From positions 1-58,799 of the forward strand of contig QPMI01000337.1 in assembly GCA_004431415.1 (NCBI GenBank): a DNA stretch of 58,799 nucleotides, in the 5' to 3' direction. Origin of the DNA: Cyanophora paradoxa CCMP329 (Eukaryota; Plantae; Glaucophyta). This document shows, piece by piece, positions 11,224 to 22,125 of this stretch (position 1 is the stretch's first letter; each line of letters starts with the position of its first letter). The position numbers and the translations under genes were made by a program. The notes under the pieces are model-generated. The model did not search any database. It was not told the DNA's origin and saw only the letters and a list, made by a program, of their open reading frames with translations.

Positions 11224-14200
11224 ATGACGCTGCGCGTGAAGCTTTACCAGCTGAACGGCGAAGGCCAGTGGGACGACAAGGGCACTGGCCACGTCTCGTG
11301 CTCCTATGTCCAGGTTCGGACCGCGATATGCGCCCCGCGGGCACCCCTGGGCCGTCCCGACGCGCGGGCAGACGGGCCCATCGGCCGACTTGGTCCCCGC
11401 CGACCTGGTCCCGCAGAAATTCGACTCGTTTACGATGACTGTGGTGTCAGAGGAGGACGGCGGCGTGCTTCTCGAGGTCAAAATCGCCGCAGACGTAAGC
11501 TACCAGCGGCAAGGCGGTTCGCGTCCCGACCCCATTCTAGAGCCGCTCGCCGACTGGAGGGCGTGCGGCGGCTAAGAGTTTGCTTGCGCCGAGGCGCATC
11601 TCTGATTCGTTCGTGCGCGCTCCGTTTCCGAATGGCCGCAGACACGATCGTCTCATGGACGTGCCCCGACACCGGGATAGACATGGCGCTCAGCTTTCAG
11701 GAGGTTTCTGGTTGCGCGGAAGTATGGTGCGGAGTCGAAAACGGGCTGCTCTTCATGCGCCAGCTCACATGGAGGTGTTCCTCTCGGCAGGGATCAAATA
11801 TGCACTGCGCAGGGGCGATACAACGGAGTAGCAGGTGCGTTTACGATGCGCTTTCCTTTCTTTGACTGTCGCGGCCTCCCCCGGGATGCCGATTCCTTTT
11901 CGCGCCCGGCAGGCGCCGACGCGGAGATGATTAGCGGGCCCACGCAGGAGGAGGGTCCGCATTCGTCATTTCTTACGCAGGGATGCGCTCGGCTTGCTTT
12001 CAAACCCTCACTTTTGGCCGCCCCTGCCTCGCTTTCGCAGCAACGGGAGTCCAGCTGCCGGACGTTGACTTGAACAACCTGAACGCGATCCTGGAGATCT
12101 TTACGGAGGTCCCGCCCTTCAAAAGGGACAAACTAGCAGCAGCGATTGCGAAACAGGTGCGAGCTTCAGCACTCTTCGTGCGTTTCCCGCTTCGGACCGA
12201 CCCTTTTGTTCTATCCACATCGTGCCGAGCAGCAAGACTACATCAGCAAGCTCATCGATTTGTTCCACATATGTGAAGATCTGGAGAGCATCGAGTCGCT
12301 GCACACGCTGTTCAAGATCTTCCGCGGGATCGGTGCGGCCATGCCGAGCCCAGGCGCCGCGGCGCTCTGAGGGGTTGCCCGCAGTGCTCCTGAACGACAC
12401 GGCGATCTTCGAGCTGCTGCTTTCGGATCAGTACCTCCAGGACTTCGTCGGCGCCCTCGAGTGTATGCCCCCCTCCCGCCCCGGGCCGGCCGGCCGGCGG
12501 CGGGGGCGCTTAGGGCGGGGCGCGCAGACGACCCGGACGTGCAGAAGGACTTCACGCACCACCGGGACTTCCTCCGCAAGAACGCCAACTTCAAGGAGGT
12601 GCCGGCGCTCCGCGGGGGCCGGCGGCCCCCGGGGTCCCGCCCTGACGGCGCCGCGCAGGTCGTGCCGATCTCGAACGAGCAGATCCGGGGGAAGATCCAC
12701 CAGAACTTCCGGCTCTCGTACCTGAAGGACGTCATCCTGCCGCGGGCCCTGGACGACGCGACCTTCGCGACGGTCAACTCGATGCTCTTCTTCAACAACG
12801 TCGAGATCATCACGCACCTCCACTCCGACGAGGCCTTCCTCAAGGAGCTGTGCGCCCGCCCCGCCCCGCCCCGCCGCGCGCCCCGCCCGGGCGGCGAGCC
12901 GGTGCGCAGCTTCAGGCGGCTGCAGGAGGAGGCGGAGCAGGGGAAGTTCAAGGACCTGGTGCTCTTCCTGCAGGAGATGTGCAACCTCGCCAAGAACCTC
13001 CAGGTCCAGAACCGCGCCGCCTTCTACCGGTGCCCCCCGCCCCAACGCCCCCCCCCCCCCCCCCCCCCTCCCCCCCCCCTCCCCCCCCCGCCGCCGCCTT
13101 GCCTGACCCCGCGGCAGCTCCCTTTGCCAGCAGGGCTTCTACGACATCTTCCAGAAGGTCCTGAGCAACGGCGAGCCCTCCATTCGCCTCGCCGGGTGCG
13201 CGCCCCGCCCCGCCCCTCCCCGTCCCCCGCCGCGGGGCGCTGAACGCGGCGTCGCAGGACGGAGATCTTGAACTGCAGCGTGCAGCACGACGCGAGCCTG
13301 CTGCGGGCGTTTCTGATGCAGCAGCGGGCGGAGAAGTACCCGCTCTTCCACATCCTGATCAACGGGCTGATCCACGACGGGGACACGGGGATCAAGGCGC
13401 AGCTGGCGGACATCCTGCGCGCCCTCATCGACCCCGAGACCCTCGACGCCGTGCGCCCGCCCCGCCCCCCGTCCCGCCCCGCGCGCGCCGGCGGCCGGCT
13501 CAGGGGGCGCAGACGCCGGAGAAGGACACGTTCCTCAACCTCTTCTACGACGAGTTCATCGAGAAGCTCGTCTCCCCGCTCGCCGCCGACCCCGAGCCCA
13601 CCGACGGTGCCCCGCCCGCCCCGCACCGCCTCCGGCCCCTCCCGCCCCCCGAGCCGGCCGGCGCAGACCCCGAGGTCGCCGAGGGGCGCAACGTGGCGCG
13701 CAACCACATCTGCGACGTCCTCTCCTTCTGCGTGCAGGTCCCCTCCCCCCGTCCCCGGCTTCTCGCGTCGCGCGCCGACGGGCCGGGGCGCGCGCAGCAC
13801 CACGGGTACCGGATCAAGTACTTCATCCTGCGGAACAACATGGTGACGAAGGTCCTCAAGCTCCTCCGCCACCGCGAGAAGTACCTCATCCTCGGTCCGC
13901 CCCGCCCCGCCCCGCCCCGGTTCGGGGCGCCGTGGCGAGGCGGGGGGCGGGCGCAGTGGCGGTGCGGTTCTTCCGGGCGTGCATTGGGATCAAGGACGAG
14001 TTCTACAACCGCTACATCATCAAGAACAACCTCTTCCAGAACATCATGGACGTCTTCCAGGTGCCCCGCCCCGCCCCGCCCCGCCCCCCGCGCCGCATCG
14101 CGGCGGGGGCCGAGGGCGGGGGCGGGGCAGGCGAACGGGGCGCGGTACAACCTGATCAACTCGGCGATCATCGAGCTCTTCGACTTCATCCGGAAGGAGA

Positions 14201-14605
14201 ACATCAAGAGCCTCGTCTCGCACGTCGTGGAGTCCTTCAAGCCCCTCCTCGAGCGCGTCGACTACGTCGACACCTTCAAGATGCTCATCCTCAAGTACGA
14301 CCAGAACAAGGACCTCCTCGAGCAGACCTCCCGCTCCCGCCAGGCCCCCGCCGAGCACGCCCCGGGGCCCTCCGAGCCCCCGGGCCGCGCCCCCGGCGGG
14401 CGGCAGCGGCCGATGCTGTACGGGCCGCCGCGGCCGGTGATGACGGCGGACGAGGACGACGCTTACTTCAACGAGAGCGACGAGGAGGAGGACGGGGCGC
14501 CCCTCATCGGGCCCATGCCCCCGTCCGCCCTCGCCGCCGCCGGGGGCCCCCAGCGGCCCCGCGCACCCCTCTCCCTTGCCAACTCGGGCCCCAGCGGGCG
14601 GGGCC

Positions 14606-14645
<40 letters not shown>

Positions 14646-15400
14646 CGGGGCGCGGGACGAACGGCGACCTCGCTGGTGGACTACGAGGACGACGACGAGG
14701 AGGAGGACGAGGAGGCGCGCAGCAAGCGGCCCGCCATCCGCGCCGCCGCCGCCGCCGCCGGCCCGGGCGCCGCCCCCCTCTCCCCTTCCCTCGTCCCCTC
14801 CGCACCCCCGGCTCCCCGTCCCTGGCGGCCGCCAGGCCGCCGCCCCCGCATCGGCCCCGTCCCCGGCGCCGAGCACCAGCAGCAGCCGACGGCTCACACA
14901 CAGGGCGCCGCAACAGCGGGCGGCGAGGCGCGGGAGGGCCCGCCGCCCTCCTCGGCGGCCGGCGCGTCCACGGTGAACGGGGCGCTGCGGACGCCGGAGG
15001 GCGCGGCGGCCGGCCCGGCGGAGGCCGGCGGCGGGGCGCGGCGAGCGGGCCGGCGGAGGCGGCGGGGAGCAGGGGTCCGACCTCACCGAGCGCGGCGAAG
15101 AGGAAAGAGGAGGGGAGCGGGGCAGAGGACGGGGGCGGGGGCGGGGGCAAGGCTGGCGGGGCGGGCGGCGGCGCCTCGGGGGCGTCGGGCTCGGCGGGGG
15201 CGGCGGGGGCCGGGATGGGGATGGTGGTGGACCTCGGCCCCGGCGGCTCGGGCCTCCTCGACGCCCTCACGGGCCTCGGCGGCATCCTCGGCGACCCCTC
15301 CTCCGCCCCCGCAGGGCCCCCCGGCGAGAGCCCCCTCGGCAAGCGCCGCCGCGTCGAGGAGGCCGACGCAGCGCAGCCCCCCGAGCAGGAGGCCTCCTAG
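11224..15400 (+). CDS. PPP4R3: protein phosphatase 4 regulatory subunit 3 (SMEK/PSY2)
   Basis: EVH1-like N-terminus [45 protein letters not shown]-1 region [57 protein letters not shown]. Low-complexity tail ends at TAG 15400. Confidence 0.95.
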
Positions 15401-15728
15401 CTGTACAGCCCGCCCTCGATTTCACGCTTTGCCAGGAACCCCCTGTTGTACTCGAATTCGAATCTGCAACCCGAACTTCAGACTGCGTGTCGTCCACATG
15501 TACAGCGCGGCCCGGCGGCGCGCGCGGCCTTGACAAAGTGCGAACGCAGCGGCGGGGTACCGCATAAACTTGCCAGCGTGGCAGTTTAGCAGGGCTCCAC
15601 GCGTACGTACGTCGCCATCCACGCGTCGCCAGCGTCGGTTTCATCAGTCTAATAGGCTGCTGATTATAGGCAGCACCGCCAGCCCGGAGCTTAAAGGCTT
15701 GAATACGGGCCCCATATCCTCAACTAGA

Positions 15729-16848
15729 ATGCTTCTGAACGACGCCACCCTCCAGGTTCGTTTCCAGCCGCCGGGCTTTCAAGTTCGCTTCCGGAGCCCG
15801 GCCTGCTGCAGCTGCAGCTGGGCCCCAGCCGCCGGCGCCGAGGCCGAGAAGCTGTCTGACGCCCTACCAGGACATCTTCTTCCAGTTTGCTTCCTTCGGC
15901 GCTGGGAATGCCGGCTCCGATCTCATGGACGGCGCGCGCTGGGTGAAGTTCCTGAAGGTCAGCACGCGCACAGATTCGAGGGCACGCTCGATCGCCGCCA
16001 CGGCTGAGGCTTCTACAGGACTGCAAGATCGTCGACGCGCGCTTCAACACCACATCGGCCGACATCATTTTCAACAGGCTCGCCCTAGCAAGAAAGCTCA
16101 ACTTCGAGCAGTTTAAGAAGGTGCTGACGTCCCACAGTGGCCTGTTCGAGAGCCACGCCGGCAGCTAACGCGAGCGCGCGCTGCCCTGCAGGCTCTGGGA
16201 GAGGTTGCCGCAGTGCGCATGCGCGAGTTCTTCCGGATCCGTGCCCCTCGATGCGAGCGCCCCTGAAGAGCCGACGCTCCGCAGGAGAAGTACCCGGGCG
16301 ACCCATCTGGCGTTGCCAAGGTCAGCTGGCTGTGATATCGATAAACCCCGCGCTCGCCGCCTCTGATGTTGTCCTGACGGCAGCTGCACGCGAGCATTTC
16401 GGCGAACCGTGGCCCATCGGTGCACCCGGATGCGTCCAAGACAGCTACAAAGGGAAACATTTTCGACCGTCTCACGGAGTACGTGTGCATGTGCAGCCCA
16501 GCGTAAGGGCATGCTGACTTTATCCTCACCTTCCTCCGGCCGGTCACCTGCAGTCACACACAATATACCGGGTGCGCCGCATCACTCGCGCTGACAGCGC
16601 GTCGAACCTCGTCCCTTGCCGCTCATCTCTCGCGACCTCCCCGGCCCCCCGCAGCGTCTACAAGGAGCGCTTCGATGCAGAGGGGCGGGGCAAGGGTGTC
16701 GCGATCAACGGCCAGAAGCGCGAGGTGCGACTTCCTTTGCGCGGCGCGGCCCTCTTTGGCCCAGTGGGCCGGTGCCGATGCGCATGCTCACGCGCCGCGC
16801 GCACAGGTCATTGCCCCGCACGCGCGCGGCCACAAGCTCCCTTGGTAG
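15729..16848 (+). CDS. TPPP: tubulin polymerization-promoting protein (p25-alpha)
   Basis: Not visible as one ORF. Spliced: MLLNDATLQ|DIFFQFASFG, MDGARWVKFLK|DCKIVDARFNTTSADIIFNR, RKLNFEQFKK|ALGEVA, IFDRLTDHTQYTGVYKERFDAEGRGKG. TAG at 16848. Confidence 0.9.
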
Positions 16849-16934
16849 CTATTATTCACTGTGCATAGCCCAACGTACGCGTCGACGGTGAACCTCCTCG
16901 CTCGTGTAGATGCCGTTTTCTTTTGATGCATTAA

Positions 16935-17400
16935 TATTCTTACGTATACGTATTCCGGCATTACTGCAAATTGTCTTCGCTTCAATTTCGAGATCTTCTA
17001 GCTATATATCTGCTATATGATGTGCTACATGTGCACGTGCAGCTGTACAGCATTCGAATTCTTCAATGTGACGTAGTAAGTAGATAGCTATAGCTTAGTA
17101 AATTGGAGCCCAGGTCGTCGACATCGATGTCACAGTACTAGTGTGCATGTACAGACAATTGCAATGAATATTCATTCAACGTCTCATGATCCGATGATCA
17201 TGAGGCCTACACTACTGTACGATAGCGCTAGCCGCTGAGCCGCTGAGCTAGCTATAGCCGCTGAGCGCTAGCCGCGGGCCCGCGGCGCATGCATATGCCA
17301 TGATGGCATATGCATATGCATGCCGGCCGCGGGGCGCCGGGCGCGGCGCACGCGCGCCGCGCGCGGATCCGGAGCTCGGAGCTCCAGGACGCGCGCGCCT
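16935..17400. repeat. intergenic tract of nested short palindromes
   Basis: Perfect palindromes tacgtatacgta (16941-52), gacatcgatgtc (17120-31), aatgaatattcatt (17163-76) and gccgcgggcccgcggc (17271-86), plus a 13-bp-arm inverted repeat atgcatatgccat-g-atggcatatgcat (17289-17315). Confidence 0.85.
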
Positions 17401-17588
17401 GCGCTCGGCCGGCGACGGCTGCAAATCTAACAAAAGAATTCGAATAGCACGATATCGCCGGCTTCTAGCTGGTCGACGTGGCGGCGGCGCTTCCGCAGAT
17501 TACTACTGAGTTAGATGATCATGAAGCCGCAGACGGGTACGGGACTAGTACTGTACCTTCTGGCTTGAGTCCACCTGCGGTCTATAGC

Positions 17589-18764
17589 ATGGCTCTCGTC
17601 GACCTTCTCCAGGCAAATCCTGTAGCCACAGGTTCGCCGAACGCCCGCCGCGCGTCGAAGGCTGGCCGCGTCAACCCACGTAACTGCTGGCGCGGCGCGC
17701 AGCCGTCGTCGTGGGAGCGTCCATAATAGTTCTCTTCAAGCTCTTTGGGGGCGGCAAGAAGATGGGCGCCAAGCAGGCGAAGGACCCGAACGTCGGTGCG
17801 CGGAGCATGCCTTGCACCGCTAGTCGCCCGAGCCGTGCACGCCTGTGCCGAGCGCTGGGCCGACGCAGCGCTCGATCCCGAGGAGACGCTCATGCTTCCG
17901 CTCGTGGAGAGGATCGAGATCACGCACAACACGCGCCTGTATCGCTTCGGCCTCCCCCGCCCCGAGATGCGCCTCGGCCTGCCCGTCGGCAAGCATGTTC
18001 GCTTGACGTGAGTGCGAAGCCGCTCGTGAGCGCGCTCGGCCCCTGACGAGCGCGGCGCGGCGCAGCGCGAAGATCGACGACAAGGAGGTGTCGCGCGCCT
18101 ACACGCCCACGACCGGTGACGAGACGCTGGGCCACTTCGACCTCGTCATCAAGGTCCCGCGGGCCGCCCCGCGCGCCCCGGCCGCCCTCGCCGACCCCTG
18201 GCGGCAGGTGTACCCGCAGGGGGCGATGTCGCGGTATGTGGACAGCCTGAAGGTCGGCGACAAGATCGCGGTGAAGGGCCCGAGCGGGCGGTTCCAGTTC
18301 TCGCGCAACATGAAGCGCCACATGACGATGATCGCTGGCGGCACCGGCGTGACCCCCATGTACCAGGCGCACCCTCCTCGCCACCCCTCCCGGTGGCGCG
18401 GGGCGGCGCGGTGCGAGCGGGGCGGCAGGTTGCCAAGGCGATCCTATCGGATCCCGAGGACAAGACGACGATCAACCTGATCTTCGCGAACGTGACGGAG
18501 GGCGACATCCTGATCCGCAAGGAGCTCGAGGAGCTCGCGTCCAAGCACCCCAAGCGCTTCAGCCTCTACCACGTGCTGAACGAGGCGCCGGCTGGCTGGA
18601 CGGGCGGCGTCGGCTTCGTGAGCGAGCAGATCATCCGGGAGAAGTCGCCGGCCCCCGCGGACGACGTGCTGGTCCTCCTCTGCGGGCCCCTCCCCATGAA
18701 CAAGGCCATGAAGGCCCACCTCGAGGCCATCGGCCACAAGCCCGAGAACACCTTCGTCTTCTAG
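17589..18764 (+). CDS. CBR1: NADH-cytochrome b5 reductase with N-terminal membrane anchor
   Basis: Hydrophobic AVVVGASIIVLFKLF, then ITHNTRLYRFGLP, LGLPVGKHV, VSRAYTPTT, FDLVIKVYPQGAMS, VKGPSG, MIAGGTGVTPMYQ, LIFANVTEGDIL and LLCGPLPM, ending in FVF*. Confidence 0.95.
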
Positions 18765-19394
18765 ACTCTTCCCCTCTCCCGTCTCTCGCGTCCTATCACC
18801 TCTGCAGCTGCTCTATTCCCAACGAATTCTGTATCTCCGTACGCGTCAGACGGCACGTGCGGCCGCCGGACCGCGCGCGGATCTTGAAGCGCTAGCCCAG
18901 GCACGCACATGCGGCCGTAGCAGCCATGAGCGTTCACGGAACGGCCGTGCGTGGACGCTGTTGGATCAGATCCGGTGGCTTCGCATATGCATGCGCATGC
19001 AGCTGTCGACGCGTACACCGCGGCCGCGGCGCGCGCCAGGCGCCGCGGCCACGTGCACGTGCACGGCGCGGCAGCCGGATCCTCAGGGCCTGCACTGCGC
19101 GGAAGCCGGCCTGGCAGATCTAGATCTAGATCTAGAATTCGAATCTTAACTTCACCAAGCCTTGAAGGTTTAGTGGTAGACCAGCGCTAGGCTTGCGGGG
19201 CAAAGCGGCGCTTGCGCGAAAGCGTTGTATTCAGCGGCCAGTTCGAGAGCGCGAGCTCGAGAGCGCGCCAGAAGATCTCGCGCGCGCCTCGAGCTCGGCG
19301 CGCGTTGCGGCGCACCTCGAGCCGAGTACCCCCGCGAGGCGTACCCCTACGTCTAGTAGTTTCGAGGAGAGCGGGCAGGCGCAGAGTAGCAGCT

Positions 19395-20421
19395 ATGAAC
19401 CCCGAATACGACTATCTCTTCAAGGTGCGCCTCCAATGGATGGGATGCCTGCGCTGCGTGGAGAAGAACCGGACTGGTTTCTGACGCTTCATCTGCCGGC
19501 AGCTCCTGCTTATCGGCGACTCCGGCGTCGGCAAGTCGTGCCTGTTGCTTCGCTTTGCGGTGCGCAGTCGTGTTTTTGAGCGCGGAATGGCCGTTGGGCG
19601 GCGAGTGCTGATGCGAATTCTGCGCCACTCTGCAGGACGACACATACACGGAGAGCTACATCAGCACCATCGGCGTGGACTTCGTGCGTCTCATGTCGAC
19701 CTGTCGCAGCTTACGACCCGCCGCCTGACCCCGGGCGCTCGCAGAAAATCCGCACCATTGAGCTCGACGGCAAGACCATCAAGCTGCAGATTGTATCCTT
19801 TTCATGCCGTTTTGCACCTCCGCGCGCCTCGTGTCCGCGCCGGTCCGTCTGAAATGTCCGCTGTGGTTCCTCGACCGCATGTCTGCAGTGGGATACCGCC
19901 GGCCAGGAGCGCTTCCGCACCATCACTAGCAGCTACTACCGCGGCGCGCATGGCATCATTATCGTCTACGATGTGACAGACCAGGAGTCGTTCAACAATG
20001 TGAAGCAGTGGCTGCAGGAGATCGACCGGTACGCCTGCGAGGGCGTCAGCAAGCTTCTGGTGGGCAACAAGAGCGACTTGACGACCAAGAAGGTCGTGCA
20101 GTACGAGGTCGCGAAGGTGCGCTGAGCGCCGGAACCTCGTGTGGTGTCCTGCGCTCAACACGGCCGCAGGAGTTCGCGGACTCCCTCGGCATTCCTTTCC
20201 TGGAAACGAGTGCGAAGAACTCGACGAACGTCGAGGCGGCTTTCATGACGATGGCGGCCGAGATCAAGGCCAAGTGAGTCCTTGATTTGATGTGCCCGCC
20301 CCCCCGCCAATCCCTCGCGCTCCGCAGGATGACCAAGAACGACGTGACCGCCGGCGGAGATAAGAAGAAGGGCGTCGAGCTCGGGAAGAGCAAGCCCGTC
20401 GAGAAGGGCGGGTGCTGCTGA
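19395..20421 (+). CDS. RAB1: Rab1/RabD small GTPase
   Basis: [10 protein letters not shown]|[19 protein letters not shown]|[16 protein letters not shown]|[16 protein letters not shown]|[22 protein letters not shown], plus NKSD, ETSAK and C-terminal GGCC*. Confidence 0.98.
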
Positions 20422-20682
20422 ACCACATAGCCGTCTCCTACCCCTGCCCTCCCCCTTCACCTTCCAGCGTTTCTTTCTCCTCCCCTTCTGGCATACAGAC
20501 CTCTAGCTGTATTCTGCGCGTATTGTATACTACAGGACTACGCGCTCCTTTCACGTGATCTGGTTTTCATTCGCTGGTTTTTTTCATTCGCTGGTTTGGC
20601 ACACGTGCACCCTAACGCCGTGTGTTCCTAGCGAGGAAGGGCTTTGGCGGGCACGCGGCGTGTGCAGCGTATCCGGACGTGG

Positions 20683-22003
20683 CTACATAGGGTCATTTCC
20701 ATTATCCAAAGCTACATAGCCAAGCTCCCTGTCAAGTTCCGCACATCTGCCAAAGCTCTCATGAGCTCTCTCCTCGCCTCGTCCCGGCCAGCAGACTGGA
20801 GACACGCAAGCATCCCAGAATAAGTGTGGATCTTGAACGGAAACAGGAAAGGAAAAAGGAATCACCCGGCGGGAGGTGGACAGCTCGAGGCGGGAAGCGA
20901 CGAGGTCCTCACCAACGAGCCCGTTGCCAGGGCTGAGCTCCGCAAAGCTGCGCGCTGGCGCCGGGCGGGCCCCAACCGTGCTCCCCTCGCTATCTGCGTC
21001 GTCCACTGCATAAAATGTCAGTCGGGACGACAGGGAAAAGAAATATGAGAGGCACCGGTCGAGAGAGACATAGCACCCGTCCGAGGCTTTGTCCGAGGCC
21101 CCCGGATAGGGAGCGAGGATGCCGCAAGGGATGACATGGTAAGAGAAGAGACTGTAGGTTCGCTACTCACTGACACAGTAGCTGTCCGCGTGCTCACAGG
21201 GCTGGTATCGCGGGATCCATGAGGAGCCGGGCGGAACCTCGTGGGGGAGGCCTTCCTCGTCGGCCCCGGCCCCCGCGCTTCCAGAGGCGCCGAGAGCCGA
21301 GCGACAGTCTCCTGATCCCTGGCCCGTTGCCGGAGCAGGGAGTCGACCTTCATGCTGATGTCGGCAAGGGAATCCCGAAGCGCGCCGGAATCAGGAGGGG
21401 GCGGTGCGGCAGCCTCGACGAGTGCAGGCGCGCTCGGAGCGGGCGCGTAGAAGGCTGCCGGGGCCGGCGGCGGCGCCGCTGCCGTGTAGAAGGCTGCCGG
21501 CGCTGGCGGGGGCCGCAAATCGTATGTCGGAGGCCGCAAATCGTATGTCGGTGGCTGCGCCACGGGCGCCTGCTGCTGGTTGAACCGCCCCATAAGGTCT
21601 TCGGTCCGCTCTCCGAAGCGCTCATTGACCCACCGAACGAACGTCCGGAGCTCGAGCTTCTCAGTCAGCTGTACGCGGTGTGGGCGACAGCAGTGCGCAG
21701 CATGCAGAAGCGCACTCTCGCTTGCAGCATGTCGAGATGCAGCTCGGTCGATACCTTCAAGCTCCGCGCGATGTCGCGGGCCTCGCAGGCCACCGACATA
21801 GCTTCCGTGCTAGCGTCCTTGACCTCCAGCACGAGCTGGCGCAAACGGACCATCTCCTGCGCCAACCGCTCGAGCTGTACATGTGTAGAGCTGCTCGCAG
21901 ACGCTCGCATTCTATTCGGAAGTTCCTTCAAGATGGGGGGATACCGCGCCGGGCTCAACGGCCGAAGCCTTTCAAATTCACTGCAAACATGAAATTGAAA
22001 CAT
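20683..22003 (-). CDS. orphan 3-exon protein with N-terminal coiled coil and Pro-rich repeats (start uncertain)
   Basis: ORFs 21665-22003, 21018-21593 and 20683-21006 join in frame through two plausible introns (DMLQ..|LTEKLELRTFVRWVNERFG and LST|VDDADSEG). Internal repeats (PPTYDLR)2 and (PPPAPAAFY)2. Confidence 0.5.
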
Positions 22004-22125
22004 CTGAACTGAAACCTGTTAAGCCTTCAAAGCTGTGGCTTAATTGTGCGAGTTCCGACAGCGACAGCGTCGCAATCGAGCCGCCCGCTGAGCGCGATGG
22101 CCTGCAGCTGGCGGGGCGGCGGGGT

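Noticed and set aside
13048-13090. Long poly-C tract
   Set aside because: It lies inside a SMEK intron and is probably a poorly resolved (CCCCG)n run.
17589-18764. Cytochrome b5 reductase as the flavinylation substrate of the ApbE fusion
   Set aside because: It is about 36 kb away, is a standard membrane-anchored enzyme, and shows no D-x-x-[ST]-[GS]-A-[ST] motif at its N-terminus.
18980-19145. Cloning-vector polylinker contamination
   Set aside because: The site order matches no vector I recognise, there is no vector backbone, and the same texture recurs with different sequence in several spacers.
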